Part shown: positions 21,842 through 32,140 of the stretch, one piece after another | Position numbering within the stretch: the stretch's first letter is position 1 | Layout of the letters: each line of letters starts with the position of its first letter | NCBI GenBank assembly: GCA_944391435.1 | Contig: CALXTP010000084.1 | Location: 1-59,489, forward strand | Source of the DNA: an uncultured Alphaproteobacteria bacterium | Lineage (GTDB): Bacteria; Pseudomonadota; Alphaproteobacteria; RF32; CAG-239 | Direction: 5' to 3' | Length of the DNA: 59,489 bases | Position numbers and translations under genes: made by a program | The notes under the pieces: model-generated | What the model was told of the DNA's origin: nothing | Database searches by the model: none | Seen by the model: only the letters and a program-made list of their open reading frames with translations

Positions 21842-22813
21842 CTAAAACGTATAATATTGCGTATTGGCAAAACGCGTATCTTCGTTAAGCATCCGCGCCC
21901 TGTCCAGTTCTTTAAGCAGCGGGTCTGTCAGCTCCAGGCGCCCGGTGGCGGCCTTGAGAAAAGGCTTTTTTCCGCCTAATCCCCATTTGACTTCGCTCAG
22001 GTTGTCCGGCTGGCCGTATTTCATGTCAATCCGCTGCCAGAAGTCAAAAATTTTGATATTGTTCAGATAGACGTTTTTGGAGGATTTGCTGGCAGAAAAA
22101 GGGACGCTGCTTTTATAGTGGATGCTGAAAGCCAGATTGTCCGTAAAAGTGGAGGTAAAATAAACCTCAATGCTTTCCCGCGTGATATAGCGGTTATAAA
22201 CCTGGTGGTCAACAAATTGGTAGCCGTTGCTCTTGGCGACCAAAACGGCGCAGGCGTTCAGCCGTTCAAATCCGATAACGCCGTGCTGCCGACACAATTC
22301 CTCGCTGCGCCATTTAATAAAGTTCGGCACATCAAGCGTTTCTGTGATTTTTTTATAGCCTTGGTTTAAGAGTGTATCTTCTACTTCTTTGGGGTTCATC
22401 CGCAATTTGACGCCGGAGATGTCAAAATTGGCAGCATTAGACTTTCTATTTTGCAATACGCGTTCAATCCGCTGTTTTTCGGCGGTTTGCACTCGTTCGT
22501 CCTGCTGCTTGAAAAGTTCGCTTGTGCCTTTGGTAATCAGGCTCTTGAGCCAGCTTTCCGATTCTTCTTCCTCGTTGTTTTTCTCATCCGGCAGCTTGTC
22601 GTTTTTGGATAAATTCTGCGTCAGCGATTCTTTGACATCAATATCGGCGCCGGACTTGCCGGTATCTTTTTTTGCCTTTTTCGTTGATACGGATTTTTTT
22701 TCAAGCATCAGCAAATCCATTTCCGACTGGGCATAAACGGAAGCGGGGTCGGCCGCAAACAAAACGGCCGCTGCCAAAAATAAAGCCCGAAAGAAAAAGA
22801 CGTTGCGTTGCAT
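21842..22813 (-). CDS. Hypothetical secreted protein
   Basis: Sec signal (…ASVYA|QSE), charged linker and FDISGVKLRM domain; SD GGGG. Confidence 0.75.
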   Translation of the reverse strand: MQRNVFFFRALFLAAAVLFAADPASVYAQSEMDLLMLEKKSVSTKKAKKDTGKSGADIDVKESLTQNLSKNDKLPDEKNNEEEESESWLKSLITKGTSELFKQQDERVQTAEKQRIERVLQNRKSNAANFDISGVKLRMNPKEVEDTLLNQGYKKITETLDVPNFIKWRSEELCRQHGVIGFERLNACAVLVAKSNGYQFVDHQVYNRYITRESIEVYFTSTFTDNLAFSIHYKSSVPFSASKSSKNVYLNNIKIFDFWQRIDMKYGQPDNLSEVKWGLGGKKPFLKAATGRLELTDPLLKELDRARMLNEDTRFANTQYYTF

Positions 22814-22981
22814 TTATAACCCCCGTTTACGAAATTATAACAGGGTAAATTTAAAAATCATCTAATTTTTGGTATTTACAAACCGGAGAATGGCATTTAT
22901 AACCCTTATTATCTGATAAAGCCGCATATTTGCCCGGTTTAAGGGCAGGGCGGCATGCGGATAAAGCGAAAGGATGGAAAA

Positions 22982-24331
22982 ATGGATTTAGGTGCAAACG
23001 TGATAGGCGCCGGGCTTGCCGGGGCGGAAGCAGCCTGGCAGCTGGCCTGCCGCGGCATAAAAGTCCGGCTGTTTGATATGAAGCCAGGCAAACATTCGCC
23101 GGCGCATGTATCGGACGGCTTTGCTGAGCTTGTCTGCTCAAATTCGCTGCGTTCGGATGACTGGCGCAGCAGCGCGATAGGCCTTTTGCATCGCGAGATG
23201 GAGCTGGCCGGTTCTCTGATAATGGAGAGTGCTGCCGCCAACCGCGTGCCGGCCGGAGGGGCGTTGGCTGTGGACAGGGAAGGATTCTCTGCCGATATTA
23301 CCGCCCGGCTGAAAGGGCACCCGTTGATAACGGTTGTTAGCCAGGAGGTAACATCGCTGCCGCTGCCGGAAGAAGGATTGAGCATTATAGCCACCGGTCC
23401 GTTGACGTCTGAAGCGCTGGCCGCAGATATTTCAAACACGGTCGGCGGTGAAAAGTTGTCGTTTTACGATGCCATAGCCCCCGTAATATATAAAGGCAGC
23501 ATAGATTTCAGCCGTGCCTGGTACCAGTCCCGTTACGACAAGGGCGATAAATACGATTACATAAATTGCCCTCTGGATGAAACGCAGTACAAAGAATTTG
23601 TGCAGGCGCTTCGCCAGGGGGAGCAGGCACCGTTCCATGACTTTGAACAGCCGCGATACTTTGACGGCTGCCTGCCGGTAGAGGTTATGGCCGAACGTGG
23701 GGAGGATACCCTTCGTTTCGGTCCGATGAAGCCTGTGGGCCTGACGGATCCGCATACCGGCACACGCCCCTATGCCGTCGTCCAGTTGCGCCAGGACAAT
23801 AAGGAAGACACGCTGCGCAATATGGTCGGCTTCCAAACCAAATTAAAGCACGCCGAACAAACTCGCATCTTTCGGATGATTCCGGGACTGGAGCAGGCGG
23901 TATTTGCGCGTCTGGGGGGAATTCATAAAAACACATTTATCAAAGCGCCGCTTTTGCTGGATGAGTTCCTGCGCCTGAAAAAGCATCCCCACCTGATGTT
24001 TGCCGGCCAGATTACCGGTTGCGAAGGTTATGTGGAAAGCGCGTCCGTCGGCTGGTTGGCCGGCTATTTTGCCGCAACCCTGCTGCAGGGAAAAAAGCCC
24101 GTGTTGCCGCCGCGCGAAACGGCATTCGGCAGCCAGCTTGCCCACTTGTCGGACACAACGGACATAGAACACTATCAGCCGATGAACATCAATTTCGGCC
24201 TTTTCCCGGAAATCCCGCCGGTGATGACGGCAAAAGGAAAAAAACGCTATCTGAAAGGCAGTGAAAAAAAAGAGGCAGTCGCGGCCAGGGCTCTGGCGGC
24301 AGCGGAAAGGTGGCGCCATGAAATTGCCTGA
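22982..24331 (+). CDS. trmFO: Folate/FAD-dependent tRNA m5U54 methyltransferase
   Basis: [32 protein letters not shown] and [13 protein letters not shown]. Confidence 0.96.
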   Translation: MDLGANVIGAGLAGAEAAWQLACRGIKVRLFDMKPGKHSPAHVSDGFAELVCSNSLRSDDWRSSAIGLLHREMELAGSLIMESAAANRVPAGGALAVDREGFSADITARLKGHPLITVVSQEVTSLPLPEEGLSIIATGPLTSEALAADISNTVGGEKLSFYDAIAPVIYKGSIDFSRAWYQSRYDKGDKYDYINCPLDETQYKEFVQALRQGEQAPFHDFEQPRYFDGCLPVEVMAERGEDTLRFGPMKPVGLTDPHTGTRPYAVVQLRQDNKEDTLRNMVGFQTKLKHAEQTRIFRMIPGLEQAVFARLGGIHKNTFIKAPLLLDEFLRLKKHPHLMFAGQITGCEGYVESASVGWLAGYFAATLLQGKKPVLPPRETAFGSQLAHLSDTTDIEHYQPMNINFGLFPEIPPVMTAKGKKRYLKGSEKKEAVAARALAAAERWRHEIA

Positions 24332-25100
24332 CGCGGAACAAAAGGAAAAAAAAGCCGCCGTGTTGCCGGACAATCTGCCGCCGTTGTCTTTGTACGAACA
24401 TCTGGTACCGGCGGGCGACCGGGAGCTGTTGCGTAGCTATGCCGGATATCTAAGCTTGCTGTTGCGTCGCGGCCTGCGGCAAAAAGGATGCCATCCGAAA
24501 AGTTTTAACCTGCTGTACCGCGCCGTCAGCCGCCCTTGGGGGCGCCGGACGCTTTTGGGGCGTTTGCAGGAGGGGTTTATTGCCCGCAATTTGTCGTTGT
24601 CCGTGTTGCTGGAGCCTTTGGACGGATGCGAATGGCTGTCAAAAAAGCGTTATCCGCTGGAATTGGCGTCAGCATCTCCGGTCTGGTTGCAGATAATATC
24701 GCCTGTCGCCCGTCTGATAGCAGTGTTAAATAATCAGTCTCCGCCTTTTTATCAGCCGTTTTCCAATCTGGCGTTTGTGTATGTCGTCCGCTATCTGGAA
24801 GCGGTGCCGCAACTGTCTGCGGCGCTGCAAGAGGCTGGCGTCGCGGTGGATAAGCAGCGCCTGTACGAAGACTTGCCTTTGCTCCATAAGGAGTCGCTGC
24901 ACCTGTTATCGGCAGCGTCAGGCATATTCTTTCGCTTGAAAATCGGTTTTTTTATCGGTTTGGGGCGGCGCCTTTGCCGGCCGGAATCAAAAAAAATACG
25001 GCAAAAGATAAATTTTTTTGATTATGTTAACGCATTTTTATACGGTTTGTGGCATACTTTGGCCATAAAGAACAAAACCCGCGGGCTGGACAGGCTGTAA
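24318..25100 (+). CDS. Highly degenerate squalene/phytoene synthase-like (HpnC-like) protein
   Basis: Overlaps the trmFO stop and precedes an HpnD-like gene. Faint resemblance only (DNLP..L.P..R; KRY....[15 protein letters not shown]); no DDxxD motifs. Confidence 0.45.
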   Translation: MKLPDAEQKEKKAAVLPDNLPPLSLYEHLVPAGDRELLRSYAGYLSLLLRRGLRQKGCHPKSFNLLYRAVSRPWGRRTLLGRLQEGFIARNLSLSVLLEPLDGCEWLSKKRYPLELASASPVWLQIISPVARLIAVLNNQSPPFYQPFSNLAFVYVVRYLEAVPQLSAALQEAGVAVDKQRLYEDLPLLHKESLHLLSAASGIFFRLKIGFFIGLGRRLCRPESKKIRQKINFFDYVNAFLYGLWHTLAIKNKTRGLDRL

Positions 25101-25136
25101 AATGCGGGAAATGAGGATTAAAAATAAGGAAGACTA

Positions 25137-25982
25137 ATGAGTTCTATAGGACGTATCGTCAGAAAAAACCACGCCGCTGTCTTTTGGTGTACGCGGCATT
25201 ATCCGAAAGCCAAACGCGAAGCGGTTTATACGCTCTATGCGCTGGTAAAGCATTTTGACGACCTGAGCGCAAGTTCTCTGCCCGAAAAGGAAAAGGCGGA
25301 TATTCTTGAAGCTTGGAAAAGGGAAATCAATAATATTTATGACAAGAAAGTGCCGGAAACGGATATCGGTCGCCGCATATACAAAAACTGTATGCGTTTC
25401 AAATTTCCGCGCGAGTGCCTGGAAACGGTTTTATCCAGCTTTGCCATGGATTGCCCACGGCCGTTGTGCCGCCCGTCCCTGGCAGAGTTTGAACGCTACT
25501 GTCGCGGCGTTTCGGAAATGCCGAGCTACCTGATATTAAAAATAATTGCCGAATTTGATGAAGAAACGACGGCAGCCCTCGGACGCCTTATCGGCCGCGC
25601 CGTGGAAGTAACCAATATCCTGAAAAACGTCAAAGAAGACATCAGCGGCGGCCATGTTTACATTCCGGATGAATATCTGCTGGCGGCCGGCATTGATGAA
25701 AATCTGCCTCCGTATGAGATATTGACGCATAAGAACCTGTATGTGGCACGGCAGAAGTTTGCCGAAATGGCGCGCCGTTCATACGCTGAAGCATATCGCC
25801 TGCTTGATGAAAACAATAACCGCAATTCCAAACCGATTGTCTATATGCTGAACTTGTACCATGCTTATTTTGAGCTGATGGACCATCGCGGCTGGGAGAT
25901 TATTTCCCCGAAGCCGGAGTTAAAATTCGGCGACCGCTGCCGCCTGATTTTCCGCGCCCTGTTCGGCAAGAGAAAAAGCTAG
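25137..25982 (+). CDS. Squalene/phytoene synthase family (HpnD/CrtB-like) protein
   Basis: KREAVYTLYALVKHFDD, FERYCRGVS and TNILKNVKEDISGGHVYIP match the family with eroded Asp motifs. Confidence 0.8.
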   Translation: MSSIGRIVRKNHAAVFWCTRHYPKAKREAVYTLYALVKHFDDLSASSLPEKEKADILEAWKREINNIYDKKVPETDIGRRIYKNCMRFKFPRECLETVLSSFAMDCPRPLCRPSLAEFERYCRGVSEMPSYLILKIIAEFDEETTAALGRLIGRAVEVTNILKNVKEDISGGHVYIPDEYLLAAGIDENLPPYEILTHKNLYVARQKFAEMARRSYAEAYRLLDENNNRNSKPIVYMLNLYHAYFELMDHRGWEIISPKPELKFGDRCRLIFRALFGKRKS

Positions 25983-26099
25983 GCCTCCCGCATATTTTGC
26001 TTTTTCGCTAATTATCCGTTGATAAATCAAGAAAAGCTTTTGCCGTTAAGCCAAAAGCGTCTATACTCGCCATGGTAGCGCAACAACGGGGAAAGGACG

Positions 26100-27008
26100 A
26101 TGGGACGTTGGAAACTGTGGCCGTTTCTGGCCGTATGCGCCGGCAGCATTCTTTTGCCGGCAGCCGTATATGCCGGGGATGTGGGCCAAGATGCGGCAAA
26201 GGACAATCTGGAAGAGGGTGAAAAAAGCGGCTGGAGCGCTAATATAAAGCGCATTGCCGTAGAATATACCGAACACAGTGTAACCAATAAAAAAGACCCG
26301 AATTATCCCGAATCGTACAATGCGGATGAACAAAGCAGCATCGGCGGGATTTTTGACGGCAACCTGACCTATCGGGATGGCGGCATGTTGTGGGTTAACG
26401 GGCTGTATATGCAATATGACAAGTCAGATACCACGGAAGACGGCGTGCGCACCGAAAACGAGAATGAAGATGAAATACTGCTTTATACGGATTACACGCA
26501 CAAGATTTGGACGTTGGATGAGGGAAAAATAGGGCCGTTTGCCTACCTTGGCTACGAAACCGAGTTTACGGATTTTAATCTGGACGGGACGGACTACCGC
26601 ACCCGGATTTTGCGCGCCAAAGGCGGTATGAAATTTTATGACGGCACTTATTTTAAGCAGTTATATGCGGCGATGGTGGAAGAAAACGATATGACCTACC
26701 GTAATGACAATATGAAAACCGGTGCGGAAATAGGGTACGAATTTAACTACCCCTTGAATGAAAATACGTCTTTTGTTTCCGAAGGGTATTACCGCCACTT
26801 TTTTGCTTACGGCCAAAAAGAGGCGACTGATTTTGAATATCGCTTCAAAACCAGAAACCGGATAGAAACCAGGTTGACCGGAGACTTATATCTGGCGCCG
26901 TTTTATGACTACGAGCTCGCCAAAACCCGTGGCGCTTCCAAATCGCGGGCGCAAAGCACGTTCGGCCTGTCATTGAGCTATAACAAGAGTTTTGACTTGC
27001 CTTGGTAA
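26100..27008 (+). CDS. Probable outer-membrane beta-barrel protein (DUF481/DUF3078-like)
   Basis: Sec signal, Tyr-rich amphipathic strands and terminal FGLSLSYNKSF. Confidence 0.7.
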   Translation: MGRWKLWPFLAVCAGSILLPAAVYAGDVGQDAAKDNLEEGEKSGWSANIKRIAVEYTEHSVTNKKDPNYPESYNADEQSSIGGIFDGNLTYRDGGMLWVNGLYMQYDKSDTTEDGVRTENENEDEILLYTDYTHKIWTLDEGKIGPFAYLGYETEFTDFNLDGTDYRTRILRAKGGMKFYDGTYFKQLYAAMVEENDMTYRNDNMKTGAEIGYEFNYPLNENTSFVSEGYYRHFFAYGQKEATDFEYRFKTRNRIETRLTGDLYLAPFYDYELAKTRGASKSRAQSTFGLSLSYNKSFDLPW

Positions 27009-27030
27009 ATTAAAACAGAAAGGGACAACA

Positions 27031-28200
27031 ATGGATTTTATCTATAACATTCCGACCAAAATATTATTCGGCTGCGGCCGGTTAAACAGCCTGCATAAAG
27101 AGAAGATGCCGGGCAGCCGTGCCCTGATTGTAACCACCGGCGGCCGCTCCGTTGTGGATAACGGATATCTGGCGCGGTTGGAAGAAGAGTTGAAAGCAGC
27201 CGGATGCACTTTTGTACTTTATAATAAAATAACCGCCAACCCTGATAAAAGCGAGGTCACGGACGGTGCGGCTTTTGCCCGGGCCGAAAAATGCGATTTT
27301 ATTGTCGGCCTCGGGGGAGGTTCGCCGATAGATGCCGCCAAGGCCATCGCCGTTGCGGCAGCCAACGGGGGAGACTATTGGGACTATATCCAAAAAGGCA
27401 CCGGGGGAAAAAAGGAAATAAAAAACAAGCCTCTTCCGGTAATAGCCGTGCCCACCACGGCCGGAACGGGCACAGAGGCGGATCCTTGGACGGTTATAAG
27501 CAATGCCGAAACCGGCGAAAAGTTGAGTTTGGGTACGGATGACACATATCCGGTACTGGCGGTGGTAGATCCGGAATTGATGGTAACAGTGCCGCAAAAA
27601 TACACGGCATACCAGGGGTTTGATGCTTTGTTTCATAGTTTGGAAGGCTATCTGGCCAATGTCGCCAATCCGGTAAGCGATCTGTTTGCCTTAAAAGCCA
27701 TCAGCCTGGTAGCCGAGAATCTGCCCGCCGCCGTATTTGACGGCAAAGACATAACGGCAAGGGAAAACATGGCATTGGCAAGCACCCTGTCCGGCATGGT
27801 GGAAAGCACGTCCGCCTGCATTTCCGAACATGCGTTGGAGCATGTCCTGAGCGGGGAACATAAAAACCTGCCGCACGGTGCCGGTCTGATAATGATAAGC
27901 GTGGCGTATTTTAAAAAAATATTGCAAAAGCATTGTGCGGACGAACGCCTGATAGCCATGGCAAAAGCAATGGGGCGCAAAAATGCCAAAATTCCGGAAG
28001 ATTTTATTGCCGCACTGCAAGAGTTGCAAAGGCAGTGCCATGTAGATAATTTAAAAATGAGCGATTACGGGATAAAAAAAGAGCGCCTGGCAGAGTTTGC
28101 CGCTATGGCCAAAAATCAAAATGCGGCGTCTTTTAGCCGCGATCCTTGTGATTTGACATTAAAGGATTGTGTTGAAATTTATGAGAAATCATACAGATAG
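27031..28200 (+). CDS. Iron-containing alcohol dehydrogenase
   Basis: GGGSPIDAAK, PTTAGTGTE, DALFHSLE, EHALEH and PHG metal ligands. Confidence 0.93.
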   Translation: MDFIYNIPTKILFGCGRLNSLHKEKMPGSRALIVTTGGRSVVDNGYLARLEEELKAAGCTFVLYNKITANPDKSEVTDGAAFARAEKCDFIVGLGGGSPIDAAKAIAVAAANGGDYWDYIQKGTGGKKEIKNKPLPVIAVPTTAGTGTEADPWTVISNAETGEKLSLGTDDTYPVLAVVDPELMVTVPQKYTAYQGFDALFHSLEGYLANVANPVSDLFALKAISLVAENLPAAVFDGKDITARENMALASTLSGMVESTSACISEHALEHVLSGEHKNLPHGAGLIMISVAYFKKILQKHCADERLIAMAKAMGRKNAKIPEDFIAALQELQRQCHVDNLKMSDYGIKKERLAEFAAMAKNQNAASFSRDPCDLTLKDCVEIYEKSYR

Positions 28201-28316
28201 AATGGAAATTTAAGCTGAAAAAATATTTTTTATGCAAAACATTTCCGCCACCATGGGAGGCACAGCAGATGAGAGATATGCAATTTGAAAAAACAATAAT
28301 CGGCAGCGTAAAAAAT

Positions 28317-29846
28317 ATGGACAAGCGCTATATAAAAGCTTTTTTATGGGCTTTTGCGCTTGTTAATCTGGCATTTTTGTTTCACGGCATCAATTTTATG
28401 TTTGGCGACCATGACTGGAATTATGTGCGAGCCGCTTCTCATTGGAACGAGGGGGCGTTTGAAGGTCGTCCGCTGCATTTTTCCTTGCAGGCGGCTTTAT
28501 TCGGCGGGCAGGTCTTGCCTTTTTTGAACAATCTGTTGTCGTTTGCTGCCTTGGTAGCGGGCAATATGCTGTTGGCAAAATATTGGCGGGTGCCGCTGAC
28601 GGCATTGAACTATGCCTTGTTTGCAACGTTTGCCTCCGTACTGCCGTATACCCTGGTGTGGCTCTATTATGCCAAAGACATGCTGATAAATTTAACCCTG
28701 CCGCTGGTGTGCATTTTATCTCTTTTGGCCTCGTCTGCGGCCGTAGCGCAAAAAAAACCGTTGTGGCATATTGCGGCTGTGGCGCTGATGTTTTTTGCTT
28801 TTGCCTCGTATGCGGCGGTTATCAATTATTTCGGCGTCTGCCTGGCCGGTGCCGTCATCACGTCTTATGTTTCCGGCCGTACATTAAAAGCATCTTTCAA
28901 AGAGCCTTTATGGGCGGCGCTGGATATGGCCGTTGCGCTGGCGGCGTACAAAGGCGTTTTGCTTTTTTCATCTCTGACCTCCGACTATAACACCCGGGTC
29001 ATCAATATGGCCTATCTGCCGCAAAAGCTGGCGGAAACGGCAAAGGCCATGCTGGCCCAGTTTGTGGTGCCGCTGCCGTTTATGGAATATAAATATAAGC
29101 TGTTGCTGCTTGCCGTATGCCTGTGGGGCGCCGTAGCTTCGTTCATCCGCGCCGGATACAAAAAAATTCCCGTGCTGCTGCTTTTGTTTGCGGGATTGCT
29201 GTTTGCGTCAAAATTGGCGTTCTTTATTGCCGATGAACGCGGGCAGATATTGGCGGAGATGGAAAATTTTGCCTTTGTGCCGCGGTTGGATTTTTACGGG
29301 CTGGCTTATGTTTATGCCCTGGCGGCGGCTCTGGTTTTAAGCGTTCCTGCCGCAACCTGGCGTCGTGCCGGCATTTGTGTTTTGTGTATTGCGGCATTTA
29401 TGTCGGCAGTGCGCGATATGTATGCGCAAAAGGTGTGGAAGCTGGGTTTTGATGCGGAAATGAAGGCTCATGAGCGGATAGTCTCCCGCCTGGAACAATA
29501 TCCGGAGTTTGATGCCCGCCGCCGTTACCGGCTTTTGCAGGTCGGGAGCTTTTCCTTGCGGCAAAATTATTACCGCCGTGCCGAAAACGAGGCTGTCAGC
29601 CTGGATTTGCTGGAAACATCGTTTACGCCGCAGTTTATGTCGCGTATCGTATATAACTTCTATTATCCACGGGATATTTTTGTGGCCAATGCCTCGGTTG
29701 CCGAGTTATCGCCCCGCGGGCGCGAATTCTTGTCAAATGAAGCACGTCCGTGGCCTTCCCGCCATGCCATATTTTTTGACAATGACATCGTGATTATCGT
29801 TTTGACCGAAGAAGGGTTGCAAAAAGCCCGCCGCGGCGAAGGGTAA
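28317..29846 (+). CDS. Membrane glucosyltransferase (GtrII/GT-C-like)
   Basis: FGDHDW..EGRP after TM1, multiple TMs, and a soluble C-terminal domain. Confidence 0.7.
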   Translation: MDKRYIKAFLWAFALVNLAFLFHGINFMFGDHDWNYVRAASHWNEGAFEGRPLHFSLQAALFGGQVLPFLNNLLSFAALVAGNMLLAKYWRVPLTALNYALFATFASVLPYTLVWLYYAKDMLINLTLPLVCILSLLASSAAVAQKKPLWHIAAVALMFFAFASYAAVINYFGVCLAGAVITSYVSGRTLKASFKEPLWAALDMAVALAAYKGVLLFSSLTSDYNTRVINMAYLPQKLAETAKAMLAQFVVPLPFMEYKYKLLLLAVCLWGAVASFIRAGYKKIPVLLLLFAGLLFASKLAFFIADERGQILAEMENFAFVPRLDFYGLAYVYALAAALVLSVPAATWRRAGICVLCIAAFMSAVRDMYAQKVWKLGFDAEMKAHERIVSRLEQYPEFDARRRYRLLQVGSFSLRQNYYRRAENEAVSLDLLETSFTPQFMSRIVYNFYYPRDIFVANASVAELSPRGREFLSNEARPWPSRHAIFFDNDIVIIVLTEEGLQKARRGEG

Positions 29847-29925
29847 CGCCGGGCAGGGCGGAAAGAAAGAGGCTTCGGCACGCCGTATTCTGCCGGTTTT
29901 TAGGCAGCGGGCCGTTCCGTGCCGG

Positions 29926-31188
29926 CTATTTTAGCAGGCGGCAGACTTCTTCGTATGAAGGATAATCGTTGCCGTCACAGCCGAGCAGCGCATATGTCGG
30001 CGTCGTGGCAAAAATCTTTTGTGACAGCGTCAACAGGTTTTCGGCAGTCAGCGCTTCAATTTTTTCCACAATTTCTTCCGTCGGGATAATGCGCTTGAAC
30101 AAAAGCATCTGCCGCGCCATGATTTCTGCCGTCGTGGAAGAGCTTTCCAAAGACATCAGCAAGCTGGCTTTGATTTGGGTTTTGGCGCGTTTCAGTTCAA
30201 CCTCGCTGACTTTTTCATCAGTCAGTTTTTTGATTTCGTCGGCAACCACCGGCAGCAGTTCTTTGAGCTCGTTTGGCGTCGTCCCCGCATAAATGCCGAA
30301 GACGCCGGCGTTTTTAAGTGCCTGGTTAAAGCTGCTGATTGTATAAACCAGGCCGCGTTTTTCTCGGATTTCCTGAAATAGGCGGGAAGACATGCCGCCG
30401 CCGAAAATCGTGGACAAGACGGAATAGGCATAATAGTCGGCATCAAGATAGGACGCACCTTTAAAGCCGAGCACCAGGTGCGTTTGTTCAATATCTTTGC
30501 AGACAACTTTGCCGCCGCCCGTATAAACCTGTTTGTCTTCGCAAAATTGGCTGTGCCGCGGCAGCCCGTCCATCCTTTCTTCCACCATGCGCACAAATTT
30601 GTCGTGGTCAATATTACCCACGGCGGCAACAACCATATTTTCCGCACTGTAATGGGTATGCATATAATCAAGCATCCGTTCTTTGGTAAAGCCGCGGACC
30701 TTTTCCGGCGTGCCGAGGATTGTCCGCCCCGAAGCCTGATTCGGAAAAGCCGCTTCCTGAAAATAATCAAAAACCAAATCGTCGGGCGCGTCAACCGATT
30801 GTTTGATTTCCTGTACGACAACCTCTTTTTCTTTGGCCATTTCTTCGGCATCAAACGTCGGCGATGTTACAAAATCGCAGATAACATCCGTTGCCAGCTC
30901 CAAATCGTCTTTAAGCATTTTGGCATAAAAACAGGTAAAATGGCGGGAAGTATAAGCGTTTGTTGCGCCTCCGACATTTTCAATATCTTCGGAAATCTGT
31001 TTGGAATTGCGTTTTTTGGTGCCTTTAAATACCATATGTTCAATAAAATGCGAAATTCCGTTATCCGCCTCGGATTCGGAAGCGGCTCCCGTATTTACCC
31101 AGATGCCGAGCGAAACCGTTTCAATCTGCGGGCGTTCGGCCGTAACAATTCTCAAGCCGTTTTTGAGTATAGACTGTTTATATTCCAT
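29926..31188 (-). CDS. M16 (pitrilysin/MPP-like) zinc peptidase
   Basis: HFIEH inverted zincin motif, NAYTS and GGGMSSRLFQEIREKRGL. Confidence 0.93.
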   Translation of the reverse strand: MEYKQSILKNGLRIVTAERPQIETVSLGIWVNTGAASESEADNGISHFIEHMVFKGTKKRNSKQISEDIENVGGATNAYTSRHFTCFYAKMLKDDLELATDVICDFVTSPTFDAEEMAKEKEVVVQEIKQSVDAPDDLVFDYFQEAAFPNQASGRTILGTPEKVRGFTKERMLDYMHTHYSAENMVVAAVGNIDHDKFVRMVEERMDGLPRHSQFCEDKQVYTGGGKVVCKDIEQTHLVLGFKGASYLDADYYAYSVLSTIFGGGMSSRLFQEIREKRGLVYTISSFNQALKNAGVFGIYAGTTPNELKELLPVVADEIKKLTDEKVSEVELKRAKTQIKASLLMSLESSSTTAEIMARQMLLFKRIIPTEEIVEKIEALTAENLLTLSQKIFATTPTYALLGCDGNDYPSYEEVCRLLK

Positions 31189-31386
31189 GATCTTCTTTGC
31201 TGTGTCAAAAATAGTGTTAACCCATATCCGCATAGTATAAGCCGGATAAAAAATAAATCAATATGATTTATCAGGAAATAGATAAAGGGAACCCCTTAAA
31301 AAAATTTTAATTTTGTATATTTATATTTGAGAAAAAAGAATGTAAAAGAGATATCGGGAAATAATAATTGGAAAAAGGAGACAAAG

Positions 31387-32055
31387 ATGAATAAAATGCC
31401 GCGATTTGCCGTTGTATTGTCCGGTTGCGGGCGTGCCGACGGTTCTGAAATCCATGAAGCCGTAACCGCTCTGCTGGCCATAGACCGGGCTGGCTGCACA
31501 TACCAGTGTTTTGCGCCGGACAAAGAGCAGGAAGTCGTCATCAATAATTTGACTTCGGAAAAGATGGAAGAGCGCCGCAACGTGCTTGTTGAGTCGGCAC
31601 GCATTGCCCGCGGCGATATCAAAAATCTGCGCGAATTAAACCCGGGCGAATTTGACTGCATCGTTTTCCCGGGCGGCCTCGGCGCTGTTTTGAACTGGTG
31701 TGATTTTGCCGAAAAGGGCATAAACTGCACCGTGGATTCGTCGGTAAGCCGGGTTTTGGAAGAGGCCTATGCCCGCAAGGTCGTTATCGGCGCCATGTGC
31801 ATAGCCCCCGTTACGGTGGCCAAGGTGCTGGGCAAGCATGGCATAACATTGACCATCGGCAATGACAAAAATGTTGCCAAGACCATAGAGTTGACCGGCG
31901 CAAAGCATAAAGATACGCCGGTAGCCGAAGCTTGCATAGATGCCAAAAACCGCATTGTATCCACGCCGGCATATATGTTGGCCGGGCGCATCGGCGAAGT
32001 TGCCGCCGGTGCCGAAGCAATGGTAAAAGCGATGGTGGCGTTGGCCGGGCGCTAG
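31387..32055 (+). CDS. elbB: ElbB/ES1 glyoxalase (DJ-1 superfamily)
   Basis: LSGCGRADGSEIHEAV, RNVLVESARIARG, MCIAP and STPAYM. Confidence 0.92.
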   Translation: MNKMPRFAVVLSGCGRADGSEIHEAVTALLAIDRAGCTYQCFAPDKEQEVVINNLTSEKMEERRNVLVESARIARGDIKNLRELNPGEFDCIVFPGGLGAVLNWCDFAEKGINCTVDSSVSRVLEEAYARKVVIGAMCIAPVTVAKVLGKHGITLTIGNDKNVAKTIELTGAKHKDTPVAEACIDAKNRIVSTPAYMLAGRIGEVAAGAEAMVKAMVALAGR

Positions 32056-32140
32056 TTTTTTCAGCCGGAAGAGCTTGACAAAGCCCTTAAAAAGGCGTAA
32101 ACATCAAACCGTAAAATAAATAACTTAAATATAGATATGT

